Origin: Eledone cirrhosa
Taxonomy: Eukaryota
Assembly (NCBI GenBank): GCA_964016885.1
Contig: OZ024743.1
Location: forward strand, 108,252,001-108,316,000
Length of the DNA: 64,000 bases
Reading direction: 5' to 3'
Within the stretch, counting starts at the first letter, position 1, and each line of letters starts with the position of its first letter. A program made the position numbers and the translations under genes. The notes under the pieces were generated by a model. The model did not search any database, had not been told where the DNA came from, and saw nothing but the letters and a program-made list of their open reading frames with translations. Below, piece after piece: positions 1-14,898 of this stretch.

Positions 1-318
1 TATAGTATTCACTTCGGCACAAGTCGACATTGACTTCTGCACAAGAATTCACTATCTTCCCTTTGAGTTGTTGAACATTTCTCGGTGATTTAATATAGAG
101 AGACATATTCAGTACACTACACATAGAAGCTTCGAAAGGTATGAGATCAAGATATCGAAAAGTATAATTGATAGGACCACGGCCTCCGAGCCATCTAGGT
201 GAGAAGTGATCATTAAGCCTGTTGCGCACAGCAACGCTATAATGAGGTGGTACGCCGTCTTGCTCTAATCATGGAAGTTTGGCCAATTCTTAAATGGTAG
301 AAAATGCGTATTTATCAT

Positions 319-414
<96 letters not shown>

Positions 415-933
415 TTATGTGCGTGTGTCTATAAACTATGACTGTTAATTACTCTCGCATAAAACCAATCAAAGACATACCAAACCTCCACTCTCTTCAA
501 ATTATATTTAATCTATATACGTATACGTGCCATAACCCACCATATTCATGCCTCACTATACAGAAAGTATACTAGTTATGTCCATCAGAGCCCTTCCCAA
601 ATTACTCCCAGCCAAACATCAAAATAACCTGCACCAATATAAGATATAGGAGCGATAGCTAACTTCAAGTTACAGACGTCATCGAATTGTGTGCTTTCTA
701 TATAACTCAGCGAAGCATGGTATCCTCTTGGCGGTAGATAGGTAATCGTCCAATCCTTTATTGATTAGTCATGTTTATTATGTCATACGAATGCGTTCAT
801 ACGATGTTAGATACGTACTCGTTTGTCAAGATGTATTCTAACACTCGATTCACAAATGTTTATAATAGAGACTATAGCGTCATCAGATACATTTTAAGCC
901 GAGCACTAATGTGCGTGTAGTGGTCGCTGAATA

Positions 934-1065
<132 letters not shown>

Positions 1066-2093
1066 ATATATATACATACACACACACACAGACATATATG
1101 TATATATATATAGATATATATGTATATATATATATATATATGTATGTATATATATACATACACACACACACAGACATATATGTATATATATAGATATATA
1201 GATATATATAACATATATATATATATAATATATACTGTATATATATATATATATACACACACGCATATGTGTGTGCGTGCGCATATGTAAATGTTCAGTG
1301 TATTCAGTCTTATTGATATGGACCAATATTATGAACCATTAATGATCATATTCAATTATCACAGTATATGCATACCTACATGCATGCTACATAAATATAT
1401 ACGAGCACAAAGACACGCACCCTACACACATACACATACATAACTAAATGCAAGCACATACTCACACACCCTACACAAATATACATACATAAATACATAC
1501 AAACATACACACACGCACTCTACACACATACATATGTGCGAGTATGTGTTTTGTTCAATCAACACAATAACGATTCAACTCCTTTCCTCCCAGAATATCT
1601 TGATACGGGTGCAGTTGTGATGACATGCTGGATTATAACGTAATTCTGGTTCCAGTAAGTCTGGGGAAATAATGGAATAGTCACGGAAGGAATGCTTTTG
1701 AATATAGGCCTGCTCTCGTGGGGGCAGAATTGGGACTCAACAACAGCGACGACGACACTAACTTCAACAATAACAACTATAACTATTATTTCAACAGCAG
1801 AAGCAGCATCATCAAAATAGCCCTTACTATTTGAATCCTCATTTAATCAGTATTTTTGTATATTTTATGACTGTACTTTAATTAGTTTGATCTCTTTTGT
1901 TGTTGTTGTTGTTTTTGTGTTTTGTTTTTCAATAATCGAGTGGGCGTGTATATTCCACTGCGTGGGAAGAGAGAAACAGTTTGGAAACCCGTTTGTTGGA
2001 CACTATATCTAATTTAAAGGACCTCTCAACAGGAGCGAGATTTTGAAGCAAGACGGTATATTTACATATGGATAGAACCCCCCCCCCTCTCTC

Positions 2094-2174
<81 letters not shown>

Positions 2175-2177
<3 letters not shown>

Positions 2178-2440
2178 GTATTTATGTAAAAGGTAAACAA
2201 AAATAACAACACCTTCGGTACAGTATATGGAAGGAATATATTAGGTTAACGCTAGAAATACCAGACAGAGGGTCTCAACGTTTCAGACGCTAGTCTTTCA
2301 TCAGAAGAACGAAATTAGAAAGATTGAAGCAACGGGCGGGGTGGAATTGGAAAATATGTTTTTAGAGAAAAATCACAGGTCCATTCATGTTGATATCTCT
2401 AGAAAACTGTATGTCGGCACTTTGTGTAAGATATATTTTT
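2175..2440 (-). mobile_element. Family A hammerhead element copy 1
   Basis: Homologous to 19395-19630. Minimal hammerhead at 2273-2308: TCTT CTGATGA A AGAC TAGC GTCT GAAAC GTT GAGA. Confidence 0.7.
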
Positions 2441-2486
2441 TTAGAGAGAGAAAGAGAGATAGATAGTGCGACATAGAACATATGTA

Positions 2487-2522
<36 letters not shown>

Positions 2523-3097
2523 TAGCTCATATATATATACATTTATACATAAATGTGCGAGTGTCTGTTGCTATTCTAAAGGCAATGTTTTCACCTATAT
2601 ATTAATGTGTGCCTCTATGTGTTGGTTAAATTGGGCAGTGTGGAGAATATTTCCATGCTTTTTTGCAGCTAATGCACATTTGAGCACTGCTATCAATGTG
2701 GTTTATATTTTTCAAAATTCAGTTACAATGCAAATCAATTCTCTGCACAGCCGTCAGAGTGAAGAGGATTTAAGCTATGCATCACTGATGAAAGAAATTA
2801 TTTCACCCTAATTCAACCTCTGTTGTGTTATACAAACTTGTTATCATATATAATTCGCCATTTTGGTAGATATTTTAAAATATTTTTTCTCACATTTTCT
2901 CATTCATTCCAACTCCCACTACGAAAGAGTACCTGTGTTGAAGTACCAGAGATCAATGTAATGATGAGTTTATATATATTTATTTATTTATTGAGCTGGT
3001 TACTTCACATATCAAGTGAATACATTCATAATCAATAATTTCCTTAGCAATGAACTTACATTCGCAATGAAATTACAGCAATATCTCTATTGAGTTC

Positions 3098-3219
3098 GTC
3101 TTCTTCTTCTTCTTCTTCTTCTTCTTCTTCTTCTTCTTCTTCTTCTTCTTCTTCTTCTTCTTGCTTCTTCTTCTTCTTCTTCTTCTTCTTCTTCGTCGCT
3201 ACTGCTGCTACTACTACTG

Positions 3220-3294
<75 letters not shown>

Positions 3295-3344
3295 TTGCTG
3301 CTGCTGCTGCTGCTGCTACTACTACTACTACTACTACTACTACG

Positions 3345-3413
<69 letters not shown>
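3098..3413. repeat. Compound (CTT)n-(CTA)n-(CTG)n microsatellite
   Basis: Direct reading. Similar trinucleotide arrays at 10467-10693, 26110-26163, 33336-33399, 53299-53417, 54588-54679, 59826-59896. Confidence 0.98.
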
Positions 3414-3829
3414 GTCGTTGACGTATGTCTTTTTGTGTGAAAACAACGGAATGGTCAATACTTTGCGAGTGGAATTTAATGGGTGGAATCTGGCGCGAAT
3501 GTGTGTCGTACATACATCATACATACATCATACATGCATACAAGCATATTTATGATGCACTTAGGCCACATACTGGCCACGTACTGTGCAACTATATACT
3601 AGAAATTGTGCAGCACATTACTCCTGTCCCATCTCTCGGCCCCATCCTCAGGATTACGTAAACTCTTTACAATTACTTTAGCTTTGCACTGATCAGGAAA
3701 GAACACAAGCTCAACTTTTGGTGCTGATCTTCGTCTTCTTTTCGTTGTTAGAAGTCTACTATTTTGCCATTAACTAATTTTTTTTCTCTATTCTTTACTA
3801 GTCTTGCGTTCTGCCTTATTATTCTTCAT

Positions 3830-3977
3830 TGACGCATATAGATACGGCCCTTGCCATTCTGAGTTCAAATCCCGCCGAGGTTAACTTTGTCCTTCATCCT
3901 TACGGGGTCGATAAAATAAAGTACCAGTAATGCACTGGGGTAATTTCTGCCTTGTGTTAAAAGTAGAAACAATTATT
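3830..3977 (+). mobile_element. SINE-1 (tRNA-derived, octopus-type), 5' truncated
   Basis: B-box GAGTTCAAATCC, core CCTTCATCCTTACGGGGTCGATAAAATAAAGTACCAG, end AGTAGAAACAATTATT. Confidence 0.85.
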
Positions 3978-3987
3978 AACCTTGAAA

Positions 3988-4206
3988 GTAGGGCGGTGGA
4001 TTGGCAGTATCGGCACAGGGTCGAACGCCATGCTTTGGAGCATAGAGTTATGGCCCTTTCTGAGTTCAAATCCCGCCAATGTTAACTTTGCCTTTCATCA
4101 TTACGGATCGATAAAATAAAATACTAATCAGGCACTGGGGTCGATTTAATCGACATTCCCCTCCCCCAAAATTGATGGCCGTCTGCCTGTTTAAGAAACC
4201 ATTATT
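3988..4206 (+). mobile_element. SINE-1, full length, long subtype
   Basis: A-box TGGCAGTATCGG and B-box present. 16-bp TSD ATTATTAACCTTGAAA (3972-3987 / 4201-4216). Confidence 0.9.
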
Positions 4207-4506
4207 AACCTTGAAACCCAATTGGAATCCATAGTTATTCATTTAACTAACACTGACTCATTAGTACACACCTTTCTTCTATTTGTTGAAATATTATTAG
4301 TTGAAATGTGGTCTTTCATATATGTTGATATTTTCGCCATTTAAAATTTCTACATTATTACATTGTGGTTGTAAATGTTTGTTTTTCATACGGTGTCTGA
4401 ATCATTAAGTCTTTTGATTTGGGGGGCTTATTTTTTGTATTAAGTCCGACATTTTGTTTGCAAACTATGGAGGGCATATTCTTCTTCTTCCAAACAGCTT
4501 GAAACG

Positions 4507-4561
<55 letters not shown>

Positions 4562-4670
4562 GCAACTGGTGCGTGTGTTTCTTATTGGCAACATGACCCT
4601 CCAAAACCATAACAATATTGGTTTCAACGCACGTTTTCAGATAAAGAATCTTGCTAAACAAATTCAGAAA

Positions 4671-4743
<73 letters not shown>

Positions 4744-5699
4744 CTGGTAATAAATAATTAACAATTGATTTTGCCTTTACTCATTGCGCAGAGGGGAGCG
4801 GCTGTATATTCTGTAGCTATTGTAAATGCATGTACAACATGAAAAAAAATCAGAACTAGCAACACCTGCACAGACGCGAGTAGCAGTGGAAATAGTAGCA
4901 ATTTTGAGAGCACCACCACCACCACCACCACCAGGACTAGTAGTAATTCTTATTAACAAATTATAACAAAACCAACAACAACCAGCGAACAAGTTTTAAC
5001 ATCAACATCATCAAATAAAAAAAAAGTATGTGTGGGGGGGGGGGGGGGCACAAAAGTGACTCAACATCGGCCGGTGTATTGTGAACACGTGCATTAATTA
5101 ATATTCATTACTTCATTCAGCTTAATAAATTAATGAGTGATTAATTTGTGATGAATGCCCGTATGCGTAATTGACTAAGCAACTGCCCTTATATTCATAG
5201 TTTTCAATTTCGTGTGATTCCTATAACGTTGTATCGCTCCATTTCCGCTTATGTTTGTTTTGGCTCTCTATTAGATTTTGCTATCATATAGTAGACATTT
5301 CCCTTCATGAATTAATCAATCCACACATGTGTACAAACATCTGTATATATATATAGATATATTTGTGTGTATGTGTGTATGTGAGTGTGTGTGTGTGTGC
5401 GTGTATGTGTGTGTGTGTGTGTGTGTATGTTGGTGTATCTGTGTCTGTGTGCCTATGTATATATAAGTATAATTTGAGTAGTAACATTATAGATTAGGCA
5501 ATATTTTCATATTTACAGAAGAATAAAACAAGAAAAATTACATATTCTAGCACGGATCATAAATTAAGTCATTATTTCGTCTCCAGAATAAAATAAAACG
5601 CTATATTTTGGCATATAAAATGATTGTAATAGAAAAATATTTCTTCGCCTCATCGTTATTAATGAAAAAAAAATGACTTCACACACACACAAACACACA

Positions 5700-5778
<79 letters not shown>

Positions 5779-6623
5779 CCATAAATTTCTGCACCTAGCT
5801 CTCCTCTCAATTGGAAGACGTCCTTGCTGCAAATATTACTGTAAAAGAAATTAAAATAACAAGTTACACAGAAGGAAAATAAATATACTAGACAAGCATA
5901 AAAAAAAAAATGTTGAGTATCTCATACATCTTTTTATCTACTGAAGTACTACCTACTATTAATAAGCCTAACAGCGTGAAATAAAAACGAGACATGTGGT
6001 CTGACTGCAGTCATTCTTTGAACAAATAAATTTTATACAAACCGGAAGTCGAATTCGGCCATGTTTTAATTTTTGTAATGTAGGACAACTAGTTGTTATG
6101 CCAATAACTCATTGGCCATGAATAAGGTAAACATTTGAATAGAGATTGTTACACATACAGACTCATTCAAATTTGTTCTATTAATAGCTGTTTTTTTTTA
6201 TCTGTTTGGGCTTTCTTACAGGCAGCTTTTTTTCCATGTCTGTGCCCCCTTTCATTCTAAATTTAGTTATCTAAATTTGCGTGTTATATTTTTCTTCACA
6301 ACTTCACTCACCGCTATAATGCATCTATACTAAGAGAAATTAATTTTACCCTAGATGAACATTTTTGTTTTTAATATTTCAATCTTTATTTTTCTATCGG
6401 TATATCTCGGTTTCTACGAATCCATTTCTCTCTCTTTCTCTCCCTCCCTCACTCCCTCCTCCACACACACACAGAATTACACACACATATATACCTATAT
6501 TAATGAAAGTAGTGGTCGATCCTCTAATTTCATTATTATACCCATTCTGCATCATACCATGTATTGGGAACTTTTCTTATTCGTAGATTTCGCAGTCCCC
6601 TTACCGTAGATTATCCATATATA

Positions 6624-6693
<70 letters not shown>

Positions 6694-6696
<3 letters not shown>

Positions 6697-6894
6697 GAGG
6701 ATATGCTGAAAAGTTCATAGGTTGACTATGAAGGGGTGATGCTAGAACTGTGAAATCTTGTATGCATTCATTTGAAATATTTTTATTAATAACTGCAATT
6801 TATCTTTCCAGGGACTATGTTGAAAATTAAACCTCATATGTTCATTCCCTAACAGTATCATTTCAGCCTTTGAACATTTCTGCTGATCCTTATA
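6694..6894. mobile_element. Tc1/mariner-type MITE
   Basis: TA-CGAGGATATGCTGAAAAGTTC at left, degenerate reverse complement GAACATTTCTGCTGATCCTTA-TA at right. Confidence 0.55.
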
Positions 6895-7597
6895 ATATTT
6901 GCGAATATAGCACTATTGATAATTGAGTAGCTTGCCAAATATGGTGTTCGGGTAAAACAATTGCACATTGACAATCTACAATGTGGATAAATTGAATGTG
7001 CGTGTATGAGAACCAGTGTCTTAGATAATGTCTAAAATTAAAACATGAAATTATCACATATTTAAGGTCATCAATTATATAGAACCTCACATAATTTAGG
7101 CTAGGGTTGACAACAACAAGTAAATAAAAAAAAGATAACATCGCCTGCAACAGCGACTGCATTCAGATGCATGTGATTGCCTGTATTATGCAGGAAATCT
7201 TCTGTGTGTATATAAAGAAATATATGCATATTTAATAACGCAAATTATAAAAGTACATGTTTTCATTCTTTAAAATAGATTAGTCCAGCTTTAACATACG
7301 CTCGTATAATGTATACTACAATAGAATGTTTTGATTAGAGAGAAAGCAATTGTATTGCAAAGAGAGTTGTAGTAATTGCAATCAAACATAGTGCTTAATT
7401 GACAGAAATTACTTCGTGCACAAAACAGGAAACGCATTAGTGCAAACTTATTTTGGAGCTACAACAATCAGAATATTTTTATACAGACTCAAGTATATAA
7501 TTGTTATTTGAAACTATATTATATAAAACATTAGTTTCTAAAGATTTCATTATATATGCAAATATTTATCTAATTTTCTTCTCTTTGTTTTCCAAAG

Positions 7598-7702
7598 CGT
7601 TAAATATATACACTGCAACTGCATCAATTAATGCTCGGTTATTCAAACACTACCCGTCGTACTGGATACCAGACAAAAAGAAGTATATGTCTAGACGAAA
7701 GG
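7598..7702 (+). CDS. Candidate isolated 105-bp exon (unverified)
   Basis: CTAAT branch-like motif and pyrimidine tract + AAG acceptor; donor AGG|GTAAGT. One open frame, phase 1-1: LNIYTATASINARLFKHYPSYWIPDKKKYMSRRK. Confidence 0.2.
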
Positions 7703-7813
7703 GTAAGTTTGATTAGAAGGCACGATCTGCATATAGACGGTATCGATTAAAGTTAACAGTAGATATCTTGAGATCTATCGAAATTTGCACATTTAATTCC
7801 ATCCTTCGATGCC

Positions 7814-7895
<82 letters not shown>

Positions 7896-7999
7896 ACGTA
7901 CAAACACACAGAAAACACATATATAGATATATATGTGTGTATGTGTGTGTGCTTGTGTGTGCGTGTGTGTGTGTATATATATATATATGTGTGTGCGTT

Positions 8000-8030
<31 letters not shown>

Positions 8031-10466
8031 GACTTTTTCTTACGCAATCCTAACAAGATTAAACTAACCCCAAATCACTACAATAACATTAAAACAAATG
8101 GTATATAACGGTATTAAGTCGACGAAATTCATCTACTGCACAAATTTATACTTCCAACAGAAAAATAAAGTCTTTCGTACAAGATACTCTTTAAAGGAAT
8201 GACACGACTATATGCACAGTTTCTTCACACAGCCCTACCCTACATCAATATCATGCATCCAACATAAATTAACCCTAAAACACACTAAAATTAAAATAAA
8301 ATTTAAGACATATATATATATACAAACACAATTGCAAGTTTGAAGAATTGTTAGATAAAATATATACACTATTTCTTCTCCCTAGTCCGTAGAAATCAAC
8401 CACATAAATAATCAATAGAACGAGGCTATAAGCTTAAAATGTAACTATGAAGAGATAATAGACAAATGATACAGACCATCTTCCGCGAGGGACAGCCAGA
8501 TAAAATTGACCTAGTCATTCCTTTTAGCCCGTATAAATTGACTAGACAAATAATTAACTACACGGAGTTAGGTATAAAATAGAAGTTAGAAGCAAAAATG
8601 CATATAAACCTTACCAAAATTCCTCTAGTCTCGACTACCGGTACTTTCATTCCTTTTCCCATCCTTGATCTATCCACGAGGCATGGAACTCATCAAGAGG
8701 CATCTTGAGTATGGACTAAAATTTCTACAGTGATGCCAGAATGAATTCAAAAATGACTAAGAACTATTACGTGGGTAGCGGTCAAGGCAGAAAGTTGTGA
8801 TTGGTTGCCAGGCGGCGAGTGGGCTGGTTGCTAGAAAGCGCAGCCAGATAGTCTCTAAAGTTTTATCCAACCTTACGAGAGTATATATTAAATTCAAAGG
8901 GATTTATGTATATAATTAGACATAGTCACAGATACATATATGAGTTTGGCTACCTTTCACAGTGTGGCTCAATATATTCACACACGTGTGTGTGTGTGTG
9001 ATTTCCTTAGATATGCGGCTCTTCCAAACATTCATCATATGATATATGGTGAGAATGACCTATTGTGATATTTAGAGAATACATCTTTCTTTGTGTTTGT
9101 TATTTTATTCAAATCTCTGTTGATACTTTCCTCACTTCAATTATGTCGCCTCTGCCTTATTGGATGACACGAAATACAGAACTCACATTTCCCGCTCCCG
9201 CAGAGTCACTAGAGATAATTATTATATGATGCCAATATATTTGATTAGAACATATGAAATAGTGAGCCGCTTTGACAAATCAATATTAGCTAAATGGACA
9301 TCATATATGGGAGGTTGTAATGTACCTTTTATCAAACTGCGAGGCACACTTTATAGGAATGACAAATCAGTATTGGATATGGCGATATCATACATGGGAA
9401 ATTATAGCGTTTCTGCCTTCATCGAATAAAACAACAAAACACTAATAAATATGAGAGATGCAATTTATATGAAATGTTTCCATCGTGGGATATAAACTTA
9501 CGTTTTCTCATATGATATCCATTAATGTATGTCTATACGTATTGCCTCAACGCCTACAGCTGTCTAATTAATTATCCTTTAACTGAAAATATAGGTTGGG
9601 TGAGATGTAATGCCTGGATACATGTCTCAGGCAATAGAAGTCCTGAATACATGTTTTGAGTATTCTATTTATCTCCCTCAAATCTTTGATTTCAATAAGA
9701 AATTCCGCCTAGTTCAATGGATTTTTTCTAAAATTATTATTCAAGAATCTGTTTGCATGTTTGTGTGGATATATGTCTGTGTGGTTAGATACACGAATAT
9801 ATGTATGATCATATGTTTCCTGTATTACCTATAGCACAGACACAATGTTACAAATTTGGTGACAGGGATGAGTAGATTACATGTGCCTGGTTACTTGACA
9901 GATGCATTGCTTTATCGATTATGAAAGGATGAATATCAAAGTTAATCTCAGGGGAATTTCAACCAAGAAAGCTAAAGGGACGTAACTCAATATGTAAATA
10001 TATTTAATAGCTTATCAACAACACTTATTGCTGTGGATTGCCAGACATAAAATAAACTCTGGGCAAGGAGGTTGAACATTTTCTTCAAATATGAAGAATA
10101 GGGAACAGAATTATCAAAGATGAATAATATGGATTTAAGAACAGTCCCTATAATTATTGGAGTTTGCGGAGCAGTGAAGTGTGGTACAAAGAAGAAAAAA
10201 ATAGGTTTCCAATGGTATACCGCCCATATGGGAAGTACAAAAAAATAGGGCTTCTATGCCAAAAAAAAAAAAATCATTGTCCATATGTTGAGAGGGGTAA
10301 TTTATCAATAAAAAATGTAAAAAGAAGAAAGAATGTTAATATCGATGAAATTTCACAAGAAAGTTACAGAAACGTGTCGATGACAATATTGTACACTATA
10401 CGTTAAACAGTGAAAGACGATGAGGGTGAAGAAGATGATAAGGAGTAGACTTTGGAGGGGATACTT

Positions 10467-10518
<52 letters not shown>

Positions 10519-10567
10519 GCTGCTACTACTACTACTCTTCCTTCTCCTGCTACTGCTACTGCTACTT

Positions 10568-10693
<126 letters not shown>

Positions 10694-10749
10694 TAAGGAA
10701 TACAACCTGTCCCGCCTATACTATTTACCCTATAATATTTCTCTTTATA

Positions 10750-10873
<124 letters not shown>

Positions 10874-10879
10874 AAGTTT

Positions 10880-11000
10880 AATATAAAATGGCTTCGACAG
10901 GACTAGACCGTTTTCGTTCAGAAGAAAACACTAGGAAAGCTTTGCTGGTGATATGTTGTCAACGAAACTGTTATGGTCCAGTTGACGCCATTCGTATATT
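10880..11000. repeat. Decayed palindrome centred on AAAGCTTT (10936-10943); probable old fold-back element
   Basis: Outer ~40 bp match about 30/40 in reverse complement. Contains a TTTCG/CGAAAC pair; next to (TA)n. Confidence 0.55.
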
Positions 11001-11057
11001 AAATACTAATGTGTGTGTGTATATATATATATATTCCTATATTAAATACTAATGTGG

Positions 11058-11163
<106 letters not shown>

Positions 11164-11459
11164 GAGGAAAGAGTTAACATCTGCCTCTACTCATTCTCTT
11201 TATACCCCAGCGTGTTTCCTATCATTCCTCACCCTAAACCTCTGTTATTAATGTCGTACACTACCCTGTTGGTTATTGAATTTGTTCTTCTAACTAACAC
11301 TCTCAGCACAGCCACTGCTTTCTCCATCCACATTCCTGTCGCGTGTCATAAAGAGATAAAACGACAAGCGATTAAAGAAACGTTATACATACATATATGT
11401 ATTTGTATATAAATGTATATAGAGCAATAAAACACACACACGCACACACACACACACAT

Positions 11460-11646
11460 GTGGAGTGGCAGTATCAGTAGACGGTCGAACGCCATGATTT
11501 GACGCATTGAGTTACGGCCCTTGCCATTCTGAGTTCAAATCCCGCCGAGGTTAATTTTGCCTTTCATCCTTACGGGGTCGATAAAATAAAGTATCAGTAA
11601 TACACTGGATAATTGCTGGCCTTGTCCCAAAAGTAGAAACAATTAT
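11460..11646 (+). mobile_element. SINE-1
   Basis: A/B boxes, core and tail as above. Confidence 0.9.
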
Positions 11647-11849
11647 ATTATATTTGTTTTAAATATAACAAGGTGGGTAGTTAATAATACTCCAGTGTCT
11701 TCTTTGAGGATAAAAAAAAATCTTAGATTCTCGATTCTGGATTCTATGATGGGGTCCTTGAATATAATTTTTTTATTCATATTACAATCCCTATATGTGT
11801 GTGTATATATATATATATATATGTATATACATGTGTATGCGCGTGTATA

Positions 11850-11942
<93 letters not shown>

Positions 11943-12001
11943 ATGTATGTATATACATGTGTGTGCGCGTGTATATATATGTATATATATATATGTCTAT
12001 A

Positions 12002-12058
<57 letters not shown>

Positions 12059-12060
<2 letters not shown>

Positions 12061-12497
12061 TAAAGTTTTATTTAAAATTGTTGGGTTACAACAAGTAAAT
12101 ATTTTATAACTGATATAAAGCACTCGACAAGTTTTTGGAGTAGATATACGATATTAAACAAATGGAAACTATATTTATAAAACCACATTTATTTCATTAT
12201 ACATATTTCGGGGATACCATATTAAAAATATGGCATGCCTTCGTCAGATAAAATACAATATATAAACAGTTTTATAAATAATGTTGACGTACCATAAATA
12301 TGAGCGACCATTATGTAGAACCAACTTCCTACATAATGGTCGCTCATATTTATGGTACGTCAAAATTATTTATAAAACTGTTTATATATTGTATTTTATC
12401 TGACGAAGGCATGCCATATTTTTAATATGGTATCCCCGAAATATGTATAATGAAATAAATATGGTTTTATAAATATAGTTTCCATTTGTTTAATATC

Positions 12498-12503
<6 letters not shown>
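12059..12503 (-). mobile_element. Fold-back hammerhead element, family B copy 1 (putative PLE pLTR derivative)
   Basis: 175-bp inverted arms 12144-12318 / 12329-12503 with 2 mismatches, a 10-nt loop and an 82-bp single-copy tail 12059-12140. (TA)n on both sides. Hammerhead core in each arm. Confidence 0.85.
12392..12457 (+). ncRNA. Type-I hammerhead ribozyme motif (mirror copy 12190-12255 on - strand)
   Basis: TATTTTAT-CTGACGA-[stem II GGCATGCCATATT/AATATGGTATCCC]-GAAAT-ATGT-ATA^-ATGAAATA. Stem I is 8 bp, stem III is minimal, and the cleavage triplet is AUA. Confidence 0.75.
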
Positions 12504-12537
<34 letters not shown>

Positions 12538-12584
12538 GAACACACATGTATATACATACATATATATATACATACACACACACC

Positions 12585-12667
<83 letters not shown>

Positions 12668-13398
12668 TTTATAGTTGGAATTATAATTGCTTGCAACTAA
12701 TCTTCGATCACGTGGACTGAGAATTAACATAATTAACACAACCCCACCTTTCCTTATTTATTACATTTCATTTTCTTTTACATATTCTTTGTTGAAGCAT
12801 ATTGTGTGTGCGGAGGAGGCGCGTCTGGTGGTTCATTGAACGAAAAAATATTATTATTTATATTGTTTTCTTTTTAAATTATTCGGCTTCGTTATCGCGT
12901 TTTTTTTCCTTTTTTTTTTTTTCAAAATTACAATTATTTAATTTTTTCTTGAATTCGTTTTACTTTTTCTTTTTAAATCTTCCACAATTCACCACCATCT
13001 CTTATCTTCTAGGCGCAGCACATTATTATTATTATTTTTGTTATTTCTGTTTTTAGCATTTTCTGGCTTTTGTTGCTGTTGTTGTTGTTATTATGTTTTC
13101 TATCGTTAATATTATTATTATCATCGTCATTAATATTATTTTACTATTGTTATTATTATTGATATTGATGTTGTTATTATGGATATTTGTATTGTAATTG
13201 TTGTTGTTGTTATTATTATTATCTTTATTTTTAATATTATTATTATTATTGATATCTTTATCATTATATCTTTTCTTAATATTATAAAATATTAAAATAT
13301 GGCGGCGGCGGGGTTGGGGAGGAATAAAATGGTATTATTAAACTATTGTGTTCAATATTATCAGCACTGATAAATCAGTCAACTACCAAAATGTTCAT

Positions 13399-13445
<47 letters not shown>

Positions 13446-14842
13446 GGAAGGATATTTAAAATTCGCATCACGTTGATCATCTTCATTATCATTGTGTCCA
13501 TTATCATCATCATCAGAGAACATGAGCGGCACCACTGCTATCATCATCTTGAACCAAATCAGTCTTACTACAAACCTGACTCTCACGAACATCATCACCA
13601 TAATCAGCGCCGTGTCTCTCCTCACCATTATCACAGTCACTACTGAATACTCCAATATAATAAACACCATCATTATTAAAATCATCATCACCACCTATAT
13701 CATCGTCATTATTATCATCTTCATCTTCAACCTTTTCATCATACGCCTACACCTCTTGGTTATCATCATCATCGACGTCATCATATCTACTACCAACATC
13801 AGCAGCAATATAGCAACAAACTATATTCTCATCATACTAATCCATATTCTCAAAAGTATGTCTCAACGCTCTCTCTTTCTCGTTGTTTCTTTCTCTCACC
13901 CTTTCTCTTTATTATCCCCCTTTTCTCTCTCTCTCTCATATACACCCTCTCTCTCTATCTTTCTATCTCCCTCTATCTGTATCACTCTCACACACACATA
14001 CGCCCTCACTATATTTCTATCTCCCTCTCTCTCTCACACATGCACTTTCTCTCTCTATCTTTCTATATCTATTTGTCTGTATCTCTCTCATACGCACATA
14101 CACCCTCACTATAGTTCTATCTCTCTCTCTTCGAATGAATAGCCTTTCATTCAACACCAAATTCATTTTTTGTCTGGTATCATTACATTAATAGTTTTAT
14201 TCTATTTCTGTTTTGTTTTATTTTGCTTCGTCATTTTTTTAACGGATGGTATAAACCTAAAAAATTACAAGGAAAAACATACAACAATACTATTAAAAAA
14301 AAATATCGCCTTCTGCTTGTAACATGTGTTTAATTTTTTTAATATAATGCTTTATATATTCCTTATTTTAGTTTTTGGTGTCAATTTTTATAAATTGTTA
14401 TTCAAATTCAATATCATTGTGACGACTGTACATTCAAGGCGAATTAAAATGGCTGAATTTTAATTCGTTTAAATATCACAGTTATATCTTTATTCCATTT
14501 TTCGCGTGTGTGTAAGTGTATTTACTGCGTTTGTATGTTTATGTGTATTTGTGTGTTAGCCTGTGTTGGTGTGGGTACGTGTGCGTTTGGGATTAAATGT
14601 GAGTGTCTGCATTCATTTTTATGTGAGAGTAATTGTATTTGTATTTGTTTCTGCTTATCTGTGTGTGTGTTTTCTTTTTAATTATATTTTTTGTTTGTTT
14701 GTTTTTTGTTTTAATATCTGCTGTCATTGATGTCAAAATTATTATCGTTGTTATGTTAAAGATGATGATGATCATAATCAGCATCCTTTCTTACTAATAC
14801 TACTAATAACAACATCAACACCAGCACCACCGACAATGACAC

Positions 14843-14896
<54 letters not shown>

Positions 14897-14898
<2 letters not shown>

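Noticed and set aside
1594-1654. Possible exon (CCCAG acceptor, GTAAGT donor)
   Set aside because: Stops in all three frames; no support for a UTR exon.
3990-4076. tRNA gene from A/B boxes
   Set aside because: No cloverleaf; it is the head of a multi-copy SINE.
5050-5185. TAAT-rich cluster with AP-1/E-box motifs (also CRE/E-box at 52358-52405) as enhancers
   Set aside because: Short motifs are expected by chance in AT-rich DNA; conservation data would be needed.
12059-12503. Interpreting the hairpins as DNA-transposon MITEs or pre-miRNAs
   Set aside because: The repeats are asymmetric (fixed one-sided tail), arm length varies between copies, and arms contain hammerhead cores.
13492-14142. 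216-aa hydrophobic ORF resembling a membrane protein
   Set aside because: Derived from degenerate (ATC)n and (CT)n low-complexity sequence.
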